From an uncultured SAR86 cluster bacterium (GTDB lineage Bacteria; Pseudomonadota; Gammaproteobacteria; Magnimaribacterales; AG-339-G14): a DNA stretch of 61,009 nt. Both the position numbers and the translations under genes were made by a program. The stretch spans positions 1 through 61,009 of the forward strand of contig CACOQX010000003.1 of assembly GCA_902629465.1 (NCBI GenBank). Direction: 5' to 3'. Below are positions 30,453-39,648 of the stretch, in pieces. Below the pieces are notes generated by a model that was not told the DNA's origin, did no database searches, and saw nothing but the letters and a program-made list of their open reading frames with translations. Positions within the stretch are counted from its first letter, which is position 1, and every line of letters begins with the position of its first letter.

Positions 30453-31560
30453 ATTTATTTACCTGAGTGATGAAAGTATCAAAGAGCGATTGCAACTCTT
30501 GCGGTCCAGGACTTGCTTCTGGATGACCTTGAAAACCAAACACACGATTTTTTTGAAAAGAAATTCCTTGAATGGAACCATCGAATAAAGATCGGTGGGT
30601 AATAGAAATATCTTTTGATAAGGACTTTTCTGAAATTGTAAAGCCATGATTTTGACTGGTTATTGCCACTTCATTGGTGATGAGATTTTTTACTGGATGA
30701 TTAGCACCGTGGTGACCGAATTTCATTTTTTCAGTTTTCATGCCCAGCGCTAAGCCTAAAAGTTGGTGACCCAAACAAATACCGAACAAAGGTATTTTTG
30801 TTTCTCTAATTAATCTTGAAATGTTTTCTATTGGTTGATGACAAGGTTCTGGATCTCCTGGACCATTGGATAAAAACACCCCATCTGGTTTTTTGCCAAG
30901 AATGGTTTCAAAGTCGGTATTGGCTGGCATGACTTCTACCTCGCATCCGCGGTCCACCAACAAACGAAGAATGTTATGTTTGACTCCGAAATCAAGAGCG
31001 ACGATTTTGTATTTCAGTTTGGGTTTTTTTGTCCCATAACTTGGCTTTTTCCATAAATAAGATTTTGCGGTCGTTACCTTGGAAGCCAAATCTTTGCCCT
31101 TTAGACTGCCGAATCTTTCAAACAATTTTTCAATATCTTGTTTGGTCTTCTTCTTATAAGAAATAAAGGCCGGTTGAGAACCTTTGTTTCTTAAAACTCT
31201 AGTTAACTTTCTAGTATCGATATTTTTTATTCCTGGCACTTTATTGGCCTTTAAAAAATCAGCCAAAGAAAGTTCATTTCTCCAATTACTTTCAACTCTC
31301 GTTAGGTCTCTGATTACCACACCACTCGCACCGCCAACAACAGATTCATGATCATCGATATTGGTACCAACGTTTCCAATATGAGGGTAAGTAAAGCAAA
31401 TGAGTTGATCGGTATAAGACAAATCGGTAATGATTTCTTGGTAGCCGGTCATTGAGGTATTGAAAACCAGTTCACCTACTTTTTCTTTGGTGTAACCAAA
31501 TGCTTCCCCATCAAAAATTTCACCTGATTTTAGGATGAGCTGAGCAGGCTTAGCTCTCAT
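30436..31560 (-). CDS. carA: Carbamoyl-phosphate synthase small (glutaminase) subunit
   Basis: FNT.MTGYQEI.TD.SY and catalytic GICLGHQLL...H.GANHPV...GFQGHPEA. The stop TGA at 30436-30438 lies 17 nt inside carB. Confidence 0.96.
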   Translation of the reverse strand: MRAKPAQLILKSGEIFDGEAFGYTKEKVGELVFNTSMTGYQEIITDLSYTDQLICFTYPHIGNVGTNIDDHESVVGGASGVVIRDLTRVESNWRNELSLADFLKANKVPGIKNIDTRKLTRVLRNKGSQPAFISYKKKTKQDIEKLFERFGSLKGKDLASKVTTAKSYLWKKPSYGTKKPKLKYKIVALDFGVKHNILRLLVDRGCEVEVMPANTDFETILGKKPDGVFLSNGPGDPEPCHQPIENISRLIRETKIPLFGICLGHQLLGLALGMKTEKMKFGHHGANHPVKNLITNEVAITSQNHGFTISEKSLSKDISITHRSLFDGSIQGISFQKNRVFGFQGHPEASPGPQELQSLFDTFITQVNKYAKKN

Positions 31561-31582
31561 GAAACACCTGCTTCAAATGGGT

Positions 31583-31624
31583 AAAAAAAAACGCGAACAA
31601 AGTAGAAACTATGGATCGCGTTTT
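31583..31624 (-). promoter_or_regulatory. Dyad plus T9 tract in the carA leader, candidate pyrimidine-responsive attenuator or intrinsic terminator
   Basis: Minus-strand RNA AAAACGCGA-(19 nt)-UCGCGUUUU, running into nine consecutive U. The U-run ends 22 nt before the carA ATG. Confidence 0.4.
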
Positions 31625-31628
31625 AAAA

Positions 31629-31649
31629 TCTAATGCCGTTTGCATTAGA
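31629..31649 (-). promoter_or_regulatory. Perfect 8-bp hairpin or operator-like dyad in the carA/map divergent spacer
   Basis: TCTAATGC-CGTTT-GCATTAGA. On the minus strand it is followed by UUUU. A third TCTAATG copy lies at 31657-31663. Confidence 0.35.
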
Positions 31650-31698
31650 ATGTGACTCTAATGAAATAACTCTGTAAAGTCCATTAAAAATTTAACTT

Positions 31699-32463
31699 AT
31701 GATTAAAAATTCGGAAGATATAAAAGGGATGAGAGTTGCAGGCAAGCTTGCTGCTCAGACTTTGGAGATGATCGGTGAGCATGTTAAGTCAGGAATTTCC
31801 ACCGGTGAATTGAATAAAATTTGTCATGAGTACATCGTGGATGAGATCGATTGCATCCCAGCGCCATTAAACTACAAAGGTTTTCCAAAATCGATTTGCA
31901 CCTCAATCAATCAAGTGGTTTGTCATGGCATTCCAACTGAAAATAGAATTCTAAAAAGCAATGACATTCTAAATATCGATGTCACAGTTATAAAAAATGG
32001 TTATCACGGCGATACCAGCAAAATGTTCATGGTTGGCAAAGCCCAACCGCATGCGCAACGCCTGGTTGATATCACTCAAGAATGCCTTTATCGAGGTATT
32101 GAACAAGTTAAGCCTGGAGCTAGATTGGGAGACATTGGTCATGCCATTCAAGTTCATGCCGAGGGCAATCATTACTCGGTTGTTAGAGAGTACTGCGGAC
32201 ATGGCATTGGCAAAGTCTTCCATGAAGATCCACAAGTTTTGCATTACGGTCAACCCAATACTGGGATGTCATTGCAAGAAGGCATGTGCTTTACCATCGA
32301 GCCCATGATCAATTTGGGTACTTACAAGACCAAGCTTTCCAAAACCGATGGTTGGACGGTCGAAACTGCAGACGGCAGATTATCTGCCCAATGGGAACAT
32401 ACCATCTTGGTGACTCAAGATGGCTTTGAAGTACTTACCAAAAGAAGTGAAGAAAGTTTTTAG
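31699..32463 (+). CDS. map: Type I methionine aminopeptidase
   Basis: VCHGIP, the metal ligands in DVT....GYHGD, and H.IGH.G...HE, EPM, EHT. 254 aa. Confidence 0.95.
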   Translation: MIKNSEDIKGMRVAGKLAAQTLEMIGEHVKSGISTGELNKICHEYIVDEIDCIPAPLNYKGFPKSICTSINQVVCHGIPTENRILKSNDILNIDVTVIKNGYHGDTSKMFMVGKAQPHAQRLVDITQECLYRGIEQVKPGARLGDIGHAIQVHAEGNHYSVVREYCGHGIGKVFHEDPQVLHYGQPNTGMSLQEGMCFTIEPMINLGTYKTKLSKTDGWTVETADGRLSAQWEHTILVTQDGFEVLTKRSEESF

Positions 32464-32466
32464 TCT

Positions 32467-33636
32467 ATGAATAATTTAATTGCTGAGATTCAATCTTATC
32501 CCTTTGAAAGATTGAGAAAGCTCATTAGCCCAAAAAAATCACCAGCAGAGATCAATCTCTCTATTGGCGAGCCAAAGCATCCGGCTAGTCCAAAAATTTT
32601 GGATGCCATCAATCAGAACAAGGAATTATTCAGTCACTACCCTCCAATGGCGATGGTGCCTGAACTGAAAAAAAGCTACCAAAATTACCTAGCCAACAAT
32701 TTCAATCTGAAAGATGTAAAAGATGAAGAAATCTTTTTGGTTGGTGGGACCAGAGAAGGTACTTTCTCTGCGATTCAAACCATGGTCAATAGAGATGCAG
32801 TTAGTGAGAAACCTTATGTTTGTATGCCGAACCCTTATTATCAGATTTACGGTGGTGCGACTTTATTTGCAGGAGCCAAACCTCATTTTCTAAATTGTTT
32901 TGAAGAAAATAATTTCCAAATGGATTTGGAAAATGTAGATGAAGCAATTTGGGAGAAATGTCAGCTGCTCGTCCTTTGCTCACCTTCCAATCCTACCGGC
33001 AAAGTAATGAGTAAAGCTGAGCTTTGTAAAGTAGTAACGCTTTCCAAAAAATTTGGTTTTAAAGTTTTAAGCGATGAATGCTACATAGATATCTATTTTG
33101 GTGAAAAACCCATTTCCCTGTTGGAAGCTGCCATGGAAGTTAACGGCAGCTTGGAGAATGTTTTAGCGCTGCACAGTCTTTCAAAGCGTTCCAACCTACC
33201 CGGCTTTAGATCTGGTTGTGCTACGGGAGATGCCAGTATCATTGCTGCCTTTTCAAAATACCGTATGTTTCATGGTGTCAGCGTCCCCTTACCTATTCAA
33301 AATGCGAGTACTTTGGCTTGGGCAGACGACGAAACCGTTGAAGACAATCGAACCGCCTATGCAGAAAAATTTAAATTAGCTGAAGAAATTTTAGCCAAAG
33401 ACTCTTTAACCCCAGATGGAGCTTTCTATATTTGGTTGAAAGTCAAGGATGCCGAAGCTTTTACCAAAAAACTTTACGACGAAGAGCAAGTCATAGTTTT
33501 ACCAGGTAAATATTTAGGCGCTGAAGATAATGGACAAAATCCTGCAGAGCAATATTTAAGAATTGCTTTGGTGCATGATATAGAATCAACAAGAAAAGCA
33601 TTAACGAGCATAAAAAAGGTTTTAGATAATGAGTAA
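32467..33636 (+). CDS. dapC: Class I aminotransferase, succinyldiaminopimelate transaminase type
   Basis: YPFERLRKL, SIGEPKH, SPSNPTG, and PLP-lysine motif SLSKRSNLPGFRSG. It lies immediately upstream of dapD and overlaps it. Confidence 0.8.
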   Translation: MNNLIAEIQSYPFERLRKLISPKKSPAEINLSIGEPKHPASPKILDAINQNKELFSHYPPMAMVPELKKSYQNYLANNFNLKDVKDEEIFLVGGTREGTFSAIQTMVNRDAVSEKPYVCMPNPYYQIYGGATLFAGAKPHFLNCFEENNFQMDLENVDEAIWEKCQLLVLCSPSNPTGKVMSKAELCKVVTLSKKFGFKVLSDECYIDIYFGEKPISLLEAAMEVNGSLENVLALHSLSKRSNLPGFRSGCATGDASIIAAFSKYRMFHGVSVPLPIQNASTLAWADDETVEDNRTAYAEKFKLAEEILAKDSLTPDGAFYIWLKVKDAEAFTKKLYDEEQVIVLPGKYLGAEDNGQNPAEQYLRIALVHDIESTRKALTSIKKVLDNE

Positions 33637-34516
33637 TTGGACTGGCTTAGGTATTGGAACAAAAAACAGCGACGGTGACTGGATCGAAATGTTTTTTGCC
33701 GAGGAAAATATTTCCGCTGAAGATCTTGAGTCATCCGATGCTGCTTTTGAAAAAGTCTCCGTCAGTGATGACAAAGCTCCTACTTCTTTACCAGAAGCCT
33801 ATTTGAAACTGCATTTGCTTTCTTATCGCTTGGTCAAGCCAAACGAAACCAATTTGGATGGTATTTTTGGAATTTTACAAAATGTCGTTTGGACTTCCGA
33901 AGGCCCTTTCTCAATTGCTGATTTCAAAAAAGCACAACTTGAGGCAAGAAAAGAAAACCGACACATCTTGGTCCACAGCATTGATAAATTTCCACGTATG
34001 ACCGATTACGTAACTTTATCCGATGTCAGAATTGCCGATGCCAATCGCGTGAGATTGGGAGCTTATCTAGGATCCGGAACAACCATCATGCACGAGGGCT
34101 TTGTGAACTTTAATGCCGGTTCTTTAGGCGAAGCGATGATTGAAGGCAGAATTTCTCAAGGAGTTGTGATTGGCGATAAAACCGATATTGGTGGTGGTGC
34201 ATCAACTATGGGGACTTTATCCGGTGGTAACGATGTCAGAATTTCTCTTGGGAAAAATTGTCTGCTTGGCGCTAACTCTGGTTTGGGTATTCCACTCGGA
34301 GACCGATGCACAGTTGAGGCTGGACTTTATCTGACAGCTTCTTCTAAAGTAGAAGTTATCGACGATAAAGGTGAGATTTCTGAAACGGTGAAAGCATCTG
34401 AACTTGCCTCTAAGTCTGATCTTTTATTTATCAGAAATTCTTTAACGGGTTCCATTCAATGTCGTCCTAATAAAAAAGTCATAGAACTCAACGAAGAATT
34501 ACACTCCAACGATTAA
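33629..34516 (+). CDS. dapD: 2,3,4,5-tetrahydropyridine-2,6-dicarboxylate N-succinyltransferase, long Pseudomonas-type form
   Basis: GIGTKNSDGDWIEMFFA at the N-terminus and a left-handed beta-helix hexapeptide region (GAYLGSGTTIMHEGFVNFNAG...VIGDKTDIGGGAS). It overlaps dapC by 8 nt. Confidence 0.85.
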   Translation: MSNWTGLGIGTKNSDGDWIEMFFAEENISAEDLESSDAAFEKVSVSDDKAPTSLPEAYLKLHLLSYRLVKPNETNLDGIFGILQNVVWTSEGPFSIADFKKAQLEARKENRHILVHSIDKFPRMTDYVTLSDVRIADANRVRLGAYLGSGTTIMHEGFVNFNAGSLGEAMIEGRISQGVVIGDKTDIGGGASTMGTLSGGNDVRISLGKNCLLGANSGLGIPLGDRCTVEAGLYLTASSKVEVIDDKGEISETVKASELASKSDLLFIRNSLTGSIQCRPNKKVIELNEELHSND

Positions 34517-34535
34517 CTTAATCGTATCGCTATCA

Positions 34536-35138
34536 ATGAAGGAAGCTTCTAATCCAATTCCTGCGGGTCGACTGCAAAGAGCGGCTTCAAGTCAAGAGAC
34601 TTACATCTCTAAATTTCGTCAAGTTCTTTCAAGACATGGTCTAACCATGGCTTCGATAGCGATTATTTGTCTTCTGATACCATCCATTCAAACTGTCTTA
34701 TTGTCTTCACTGGAAAATTTATTTAGAAATCCTTTGAAATATCTTCTTTGGAGTTTGATAGTTGCAACTTTTATCTTTGGATTTCTGAAATATACAAAAA
34801 GAGAAATTGATCTTCGTCAATTAATCTGGGTTGGATATCTCTTCATGATTTCTGTAGTCGAAGAAATTGCTTTCAGGCTTTCTCTACCTCTTTTAATTAC
34901 TTCAGATGTTACCGGTATAAGTTTCTTTTGGCTTGGAGCTCTAATAAGTAACCTTATTTTTGCAACCATTCACTATTTCACTTTACGTTGGAAACTAAAC
35001 GCTTGTATTTTTACTTTTCTAGGAGGCATGGGTTTTAGCAGAATGTTAGATACAACTGGAGATTTAACCGCGGTTATTCTTTTGCATTGGGCAATAACTT
35101 TCCTTAATACTCCTGCTGCTCCAAAAAACCAGAATTAG
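34536..35138 (+). CDS. CPBP-family (CAAX/Abi) intramembrane glutamic protease
   Basis: Multi-TM protein with EEIAFR (EExxxR), FATIHY and LLHW motifs characteristic of the CPBP/Abi family. Confidence 0.75.
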   Translation: MKEASNPIPAGRLQRAASSQETYISKFRQVLSRHGLTMASIAIICLLIPSIQTVLLSSLENLFRNPLKYLLWSLIVATFIFGFLKYTKREIDLRQLIWVGYLFMISVVEEIAFRLSLPLLITSDVTGISFFWLGALISNLIFATIHYFTLRWKLNACIFTFLGGMGFSRMLDTTGDLTAVILLHWAITFLNTPAAPKNQN

Positions 35139-35149
35139 GAGTAGGTTTT

Positions 35150-35428
35150 TCATTTTGATTTATTTACAAACAAAACAGACATTTTTAGTTGAACAAAATT
35201 TGCATAGGTAGACTTTCCCCATTCCATATCAATTTCCAGATTAGGATTTTCTCTTTTTACAGCATTCATACACCTAATTAATTTTTCTAATTTACCTGCA
35301 CTACATATGACATAGGTATCAACTTCAGGATTGCCAAAAACGGCTCCTTTCATCGCTTTCTCATCGTCAGTAAGAGAAAAAGAATAGTTAGAAACTATGA
35401 GCAGAATTAATAAAGATATTTTTTTCAT
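35150..35428 (-). CDS. Hypothetical small secreted protein (92 aa, 2 Cys)
   Basis: ATG at 35428 preceded by GGAGA. It has a signal peptide MKKISLLILLIVSNYSFS and no family I recognise. Confidence 0.5.
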   Translation of the reverse strand: MKKISLLILLIVSNYSFSLTDDEKAMKGAVFGNPEVDTYVICSAGKLEKLIRCMNAVKRENPNLEIDMEWGKSTYANFVQLKMSVLFVNKSK

Positions 35429-35500
35429 AATCTTCTCCAAGGTGATAAAAAGATTGTATAGGCAAAATTCCTATGCCAGTCAGTCCTTCTTGGTCTTTTT

Positions 35501-36988
35501 TTAAGATGTATTAACTTTACCTTTAATAAAGAAAGAAAGAACTATTAAGACCGCGGCTAAGATCAAGTAGTAATAGATCAATTCAGAAAATATTGGAGTC
35601 ATGCTGCTTAAACCGGACTCGGTTGCTTCTCCACCAAATAATCCCGCAAGGACTCCGCCAAGAGAGGAAGCCAAAAACCACAAGCCCATCATTTGCCCAA
35701 GATATTTTTTAGGCGAATATCTTGAGAAAGCAGACAAACCAACTGGCGATAAAGCCAATTCGCCAAAAGTATGTAAGAGATAAGTTAAGAGCAGCCATTG
35801 AACACCTACCGGTGCCTCAACCATGGCGTATTGGACAGCGTAAAGCATCACAATAAAGCCAAGGCCCATAAAAATTAAACCAATTGCAAATTTAATAGGC
35901 GTATTGGGATTTAAATTTCTTTTCCCTAAAAAGACCCAAAGATACGCAAAGAACGGCGCAAACATCACCACAAAAAGTGGGTTTAGAAATTGCGTCCAAC
36001 TGACAGGTGCCTGAAAAGAGCCAAAAGTGAGATTCACATAATCTCTGGTAAAGATTGATAACGAACCTGCCGACTGATCAAAGCCAGACCAAAAAGCAGC
36101 CGCTCCAACGAATAAAAGTAAAAGCATCAAAACGTTTTTCTTTTCGAAACTAGTAAGACCTGCAAAGAAGAACAAGTAACCAAAATAGATAAACGAGATG
36201 ACAACTAGAAAGTCACGAAAACGCTCAGCAAAAAATACTGGGTCAATACTCCAAAGTCCAAGAACTCCTGAGACGACCACTGCAGCAAAAAATATAACCG
36301 TAATGATGGTCCAAAGTCTCAAAGTACTTCTGCGCCCTTCTGCCATCTCATTTGGATTTAAGCCGGCAGTTCCAAGTTGACTTCGAAAATAAACAAATTG
36401 AATGACACCAAAAAGCATACCTATGCCTGCTGCACCAAACCCCCAATGCCAACCGATGCGCTCACCTGAGTAACCGCAAACGGCAAAGCCGAGCATGCTG
36501 CCAATATTGATTGACATGTAAAAAATAGTGAACCCAGAATCTCTGCGTTCATCGTGATCTGCATAAAGCTGTCCAACGATGGAAGAGATGTTGGGTTTTA
36601 GAAGACCGGTACCAATAGCAACAAAAGCCAAGCCCAAAATAAAAGTCTCTTCCAAAGGAATGGCCAAAGTAAAGTGCCCCAACATGATGATAAGCGCCCC
36701 ATAAAGTACGGCCTTTTGATAACCCAATAAGTTATCTGCAAGCCAACCACCTGGCAAAGCTAAGAAATAAACCATGCCAGCATAAATGCCATAAATGGCA
36801 TTGGCTTCAACGTTTGACCAACCCAATCCTGGATTACCAACCACGCCAATGGTCATGTAAAGAACTAGTAGCCCACGCATTCCATAATAGGACATTCGCT
36901 CCCAGAGCTCGGTAAAGAATAAAGTTCTTAAGCCAATGGGATGACCGAAGAAATTGCTTTGTGATAGATTAGCTTCTTGTTCAGACAT
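35501..36988 (-). CDS. POT/PTR2-family di-/tripeptide:proton symporter
   Basis: FFGHPIGLRTLFFTELWERMSYYGMRGLLVLYM is the PTR2 signature. The 495-aa protein appears to span the membrane about 14 times. Confidence 0.9.
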   Translation of the reverse strand: MSEQEANLSQSNFFGHPIGLRTLFFTELWERMSYYGMRGLLVLYMTIGVVGNPGLGWSNVEANAIYGIYAGMVYFLALPGGWLADNLLGYQKAVLYGALIIMLGHFTLAIPLEETFILGLAFVAIGTGLLKPNISSIVGQLYADHDERRDSGFTIFYMSINIGSMLGFAVCGYSGERIGWHWGFGAAGIGMLFGVIQFVYFRSQLGTAGLNPNEMAEGRRSTLRLWTIITVIFFAAVVVSGVLGLWSIDPVFFAERFRDFLVVISFIYFGYLFFFAGLTSFEKKNVLMLLLLFVGAAAFWSGFDQSAGSLSIFTRDYVNLTFGSFQAPVSWTQFLNPLFVVMFAPFFAYLWVFLGKRNLNPNTPIKFAIGLIFMGLGFIVMLYAVQYAMVEAPVGVQWLLLTYLLHTFGELALSPVGLSAFSRYSPKKYLGQMMGLWFLASSLGGVLAGLFGGEATESGLSSMTPIFSELIYYYLILAAVLIVLSFFIKGKVNTS

Positions 36989-37408
36989 AATATGAATTCT
37001 ACTTTAGATTATAAACCAGCAGGCTTCTTCAGGAGAATGGCTGCTTTATTTTATGACGTTATTTTAATTATAGCTCTCTGCATTGGTCTCACTTTACTAA
37101 TTACCTACTTATTCAAGACTGAGGTAGTAAGTCCATTGATGTATTTGGCTTTTTTGGCTTTGAGTGTTGGTTTTTATTGTTACTTTTGGAAGCAGAACAA
37201 AGGCCAAACCTTAGGGATGCAAGTTTGGAAGGTTCGTTTAGCTCAAGATAATGAGTTTGATATTAGTTTAATGAGGATGATCTATCGATGCTTATTAGGA
37301 TTAATCTTTAGCCTGCTTTTTGGATTGAATTATCTGCCGATGCTCTTTCGCAAAGACAAAAAAACTTTAAACGATATTTTGTCAAAAACGTTTTTAGTAA
37401 AAGTCTAA
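36977..37408 (+). CDS. RDD-family membrane protein
   Basis: GFFRRMAALFYDVILI (RDD motif region) plus 3 TM segments. In Pseudomonas-type genomes, as I recall, an RDD gene sits next to lptG. Confidence 0.7.
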   Translation: MFRHNMNSTLDYKPAGFFRRMAALFYDVILIIALCIGLTLLITYLFKTEVVSPLMYLAFLALSVGFYCYFWKQNKGQTLGMQVWKVRLAQDNEFDISLMRMIYRCLLGLIFSLLFGLNYLPMLFRKDKKTLNDILSKTFLVKV

Positions 37409-38445
37409 ACGCGTCTAATGATCCTTATACCAAAGTAAAGCAGAATCAAAGAAGATAGAAGAATCCCCCAAAAAGCACTCCAACCTAAAATCAAAGAAAT
37501 ATTACCAAAGATTTTGATTAAAAGATTAAAGCCGAAGGCAATTAAAATTCCCAAAACGAAGCGATCCACGCTTTTGTTTCTGCCTATGGCTCTCAATGAA
37601 ATGGCTAAAGCAAAAATTATGAGACAGAGTAAAGAAATGGGTTCGAGCATTTTCTTCCAAAATTCATAACCTACTTTGTTTCGGTCAGCGACTTCATTGA
37701 TGGATTGCCAGTAATAATAGTTATCCGTTAAGGACATGTGTTTCAAACTTTTCATGGAATAATTCATTGCTAGCTTTGGTGCATCTTCCCAGATGAAATC
37801 AGACTTACTGATATCTTCCTTATAGTCTCTTACCTCTTTGATAACCCATTCGTTTTCGGCAATCTCAACATCTTTGGAAACCACAATACTGTTTACATTT
37901 CCTTTTTCATCGAGATCATAAATTTTTACTTCTTTGCTGGTGCCTTTATCAATAACTTTTGAAAATCGGTCGTTTTTAAAGACCCACTGCTCTTTTTGTT
38001 CGGAGAGATTTGATGTGGGCTCAAATTTCAATTTATTAGCGGCATCTTGGAGATTGGGGATAAAAAATTGCCATGAAACAATCATTAATATGATGCCGAA
38101 AATAACTGGCTTCAAAACCGCAAAGATAATTCTAGATAATTTTTTTCCAGAAACCCTAGCTGCTATCAATTCTCCTGAATCTGAAATTGCACCCATACAA
38201 ATGATTGTCGAAACTATTGCACTTAGTGGAAAAATATCAAAAACCGCATCGACCGAAGTAAAAGCCAGAAAGAGCAGAATCTTATTGAATGAATAAAATT
38301 CACTTAAATCTTCAAATTCACTCAAGAATGAAAGAATCAAATCCAATAAAAAAAATATCCCAACCGTTAGAAAAAGAAAACGCCAAGCATATCTGGTAAA
38401 AAGATTGTCTAAAGTATCGCCAAAAATAAAACTATAAAAAGACAT
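37405..38445 (-). CDS. lptG: LPS export ABC transporter permease LptG
   Basis: YjgP/YjgQ-type topology: 3 TM segments, a periplasmic domain, then 3 TM segments. It is the second of two paralogous overlapping genes divergent from pepA. Confidence 0.85.
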   Translation of the reverse strand: MSFYSFIFGDTLDNLFTRYAWRFLFLTVGIFFLLDLILSFLSEFEDLSEFYSFNKILLFLAFTSVDAVFDIFPLSAIVSTIICMGAISDSGELIAARVSGKKLSRIIFAVLKPVIFGIILMIVSWQFFIPNLQDAANKLKFEPTSNLSEQKEQWVFKNDRFSKVIDKGTSKEVKIYDLDEKGNVNSIVVSKDVEIAENEWVIKEVRDYKEDISKSDFIWEDAPKLAMNYSMKSLKHMSLTDNYYYWQSINEVADRNKVGYEFWKKMLEPISLLCLIIFALAISLRAIGRNKSVDRFVLGILIAFGFNLLIKIFGNISLILGWSAFWGILLSSLILLYFGIRIIRRV

Positions 38446-39586
38446 AAAAAACCAAATAGGAAAATACTGTAGCGATTAAAAACAACACAAAGAGGTTGAT
38501 CATGAAGTTTCTTGAATATTTTAAGCCGCCAAGATTGAAACTAAAGTTTTGATAACTTTGATCGAGTGCCAACATGATAGCAGCGATCAAATAAATACCA
38601 TGAATACTAAAAAACACGACCGTGGAGTTAAGAGAAAAATTACTAAAAACTTCCTGGGAAAGAGAAAGTCCATAATAAGACATAAAAATGATTAGCCCGG
38701 AAAGAAAAATATAAAAACGTCCAGATTGTTTCAGTCTCATTGTTAAGGATGCTGCTATTAAGGCTGAAATGATGATGATTAGTGGCATGGAAGAACGTTT
38801 AAGTAACTCGATTCGCTCTAAATCTTTAGCAAAAAACAATTCATGAAAATACTTTCTCTTTAAGTCTTCAATATTGAGAATTGGTTTTTTGGGCAAAATT
38901 AAAAAGAATTCGTCAAAGCTAAAATCCAACGGCATGGCTTCGGATAAAATAGAAAATTTACCCGATTCAAAAGATATCCGGTTCTCTTTTTCGTTGAGGG
39001 GTTTGGAAATCAATTCATCGGCAGTCAAAACAAACTCTGAGTCGTTGGTTTCAAAACTTGAAAAAACATCTTGGAAGCCCCTATCTGAAGCTTCCTTGGC
39101 ATAAAAAATCGCATTGAGATCATCAAGGACATTGATCTTTTCGGCTCCCATTAATTTAAATCTGTCTGAAAATCTTTCAACATCGTTTAAAAAGGCAAGT
39201 TTGTTATTTGAAAGCGGAGTGAGATAAAAAGATACCAAAGCTACAAAAAGCGCAAAAAATACGGCTGGAATACAAGAGATTAAAACGACCTTTCGTTTGC
39301 CAAGACCCATTTTGGAAAAAGCCAATAACTCATTGTTTTGATCAAGGCGATAAATAGCAATGATGGTCCCGATAAAGACACTCAGCGGAAGCACAACCTC
39401 AACGATCTCAGACATGCTGTAAATCGAAACCAGTATCAAGAGTTCTGGATAAAGCTCACCGCTTGAAACTTTTTCAAGATAGACCGTAAAATCATTTAGA
39501 AAAAAAACACTAAATAAAACTATTAAAGTTAAAAAACTTATCTTAGTTACTTGGCCTATTAGATATAATGTAATAATTCTTGGCAT
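38432..39586 (-). CDS. lptF: LPS export ABC transporter permease LptF
   Basis: YjgP/YjgQ family protein divergent from pepA, as in E. coli and Pseudomonas. It overlaps lptG by 14 nt. Confidence 0.85.
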   Translation of the reverse strand: MPRIITLYLIGQVTKISFLTLIVLFSVFFLNDFTVYLEKVSSGELYPELLILVSIYSMSEIVEVVLPLSVFIGTIIAIYRLDQNNELLAFSKMGLGKRKVVLISCIPAVFFALFVALVSFYLTPLSNNKLAFLNDVERFSDRFKLMGAEKINVLDDLNAIFYAKEASDRGFQDVFSSFETNDSEFVLTADELISKPLNEKENRISFESGKFSILSEAMPLDFSFDEFFLILPKKPILNIEDLKRKYFHELFFAKDLERIELLKRSSMPLIIIISALIAASLTMRLKQSGRFYIFLSGLIIFMSYYGLSLSQEVFSNFSLNSTVVFFSIHGIYLIAAIMLALDQSYQNFSFNLGGLKYSRNFMINLFVLFLIATVFSYLVFYVFL

Positions 39587-39648
39587 TGCTATTATATTAT
39601 TAGGGTATTATCCCACATGTTTAACAGTAAATTCTGTATGGAGAAGAG

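Noticed and set aside
31647-31673. A possible 8-codon leader peptide (MDFTELFH-stop) on the minus strand upstream of the carA leader hairpins.
   Set aside because: It has no Shine-Dalgarno sequence and no Arg or pyrimidine-relevant codon bias. It also lies within about 30 nt of the divergent map start, so I have too little evidence to call it.
31969-32308. Two ORFs of about 100 aa (31997-32308 on the + strand, 31969-32253 on the - strand) nested in map.
   Set aside because: This segment is locally GC-richer (about 50%), which lowers stop-codon frequency in alternate frames. The translations are featureless, and map itself is unambiguous.
35455-35471. A 5-bp dyad (ATAGG-N7-CCTAT) downstream of the POT transporter, considered as a terminator.
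   Set aside because: The stem is too short and weak, and the following T-run is interrupted. This is not distinguishable from chance in AT-rich DNA.
31699-36988. The GC-richer map-dapC-dapD and POT segments considered as a horizontally acquired island or assembly chimera.
   Set aside because: map-dapC-dapD is in native conserved synteny. AT-rich genes (the CPBP and the small ORF) interrupt the segment. Other highly conserved genes (ftsH, carA, pepA) also reach about 43-45% G+C. The pattern fits selection on conserved proteins better than foreign origin. It is retained only as a low-interest finding pending a proper calculation.
37934-38296. A 120-aa ORF antisense to lptG. Similar nested ORFs occur at 733-978, 3444-3650, 7092-7337, 8275-8550, 11506-11775, 19487-19732, 22355-22642, 29113-29394, 29702-29998, 41737-42121, 43111-43380 and 53448-53711.
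   Set aside because: All lie wholly inside well-supported conserved genes. They have low-complexity Ser/Leu/Phe/Ile-rich translations typical of antisense or alternate frames, and they lack Shine-Dalgarno-like sequences. They are most parsimoniously chance open frames.
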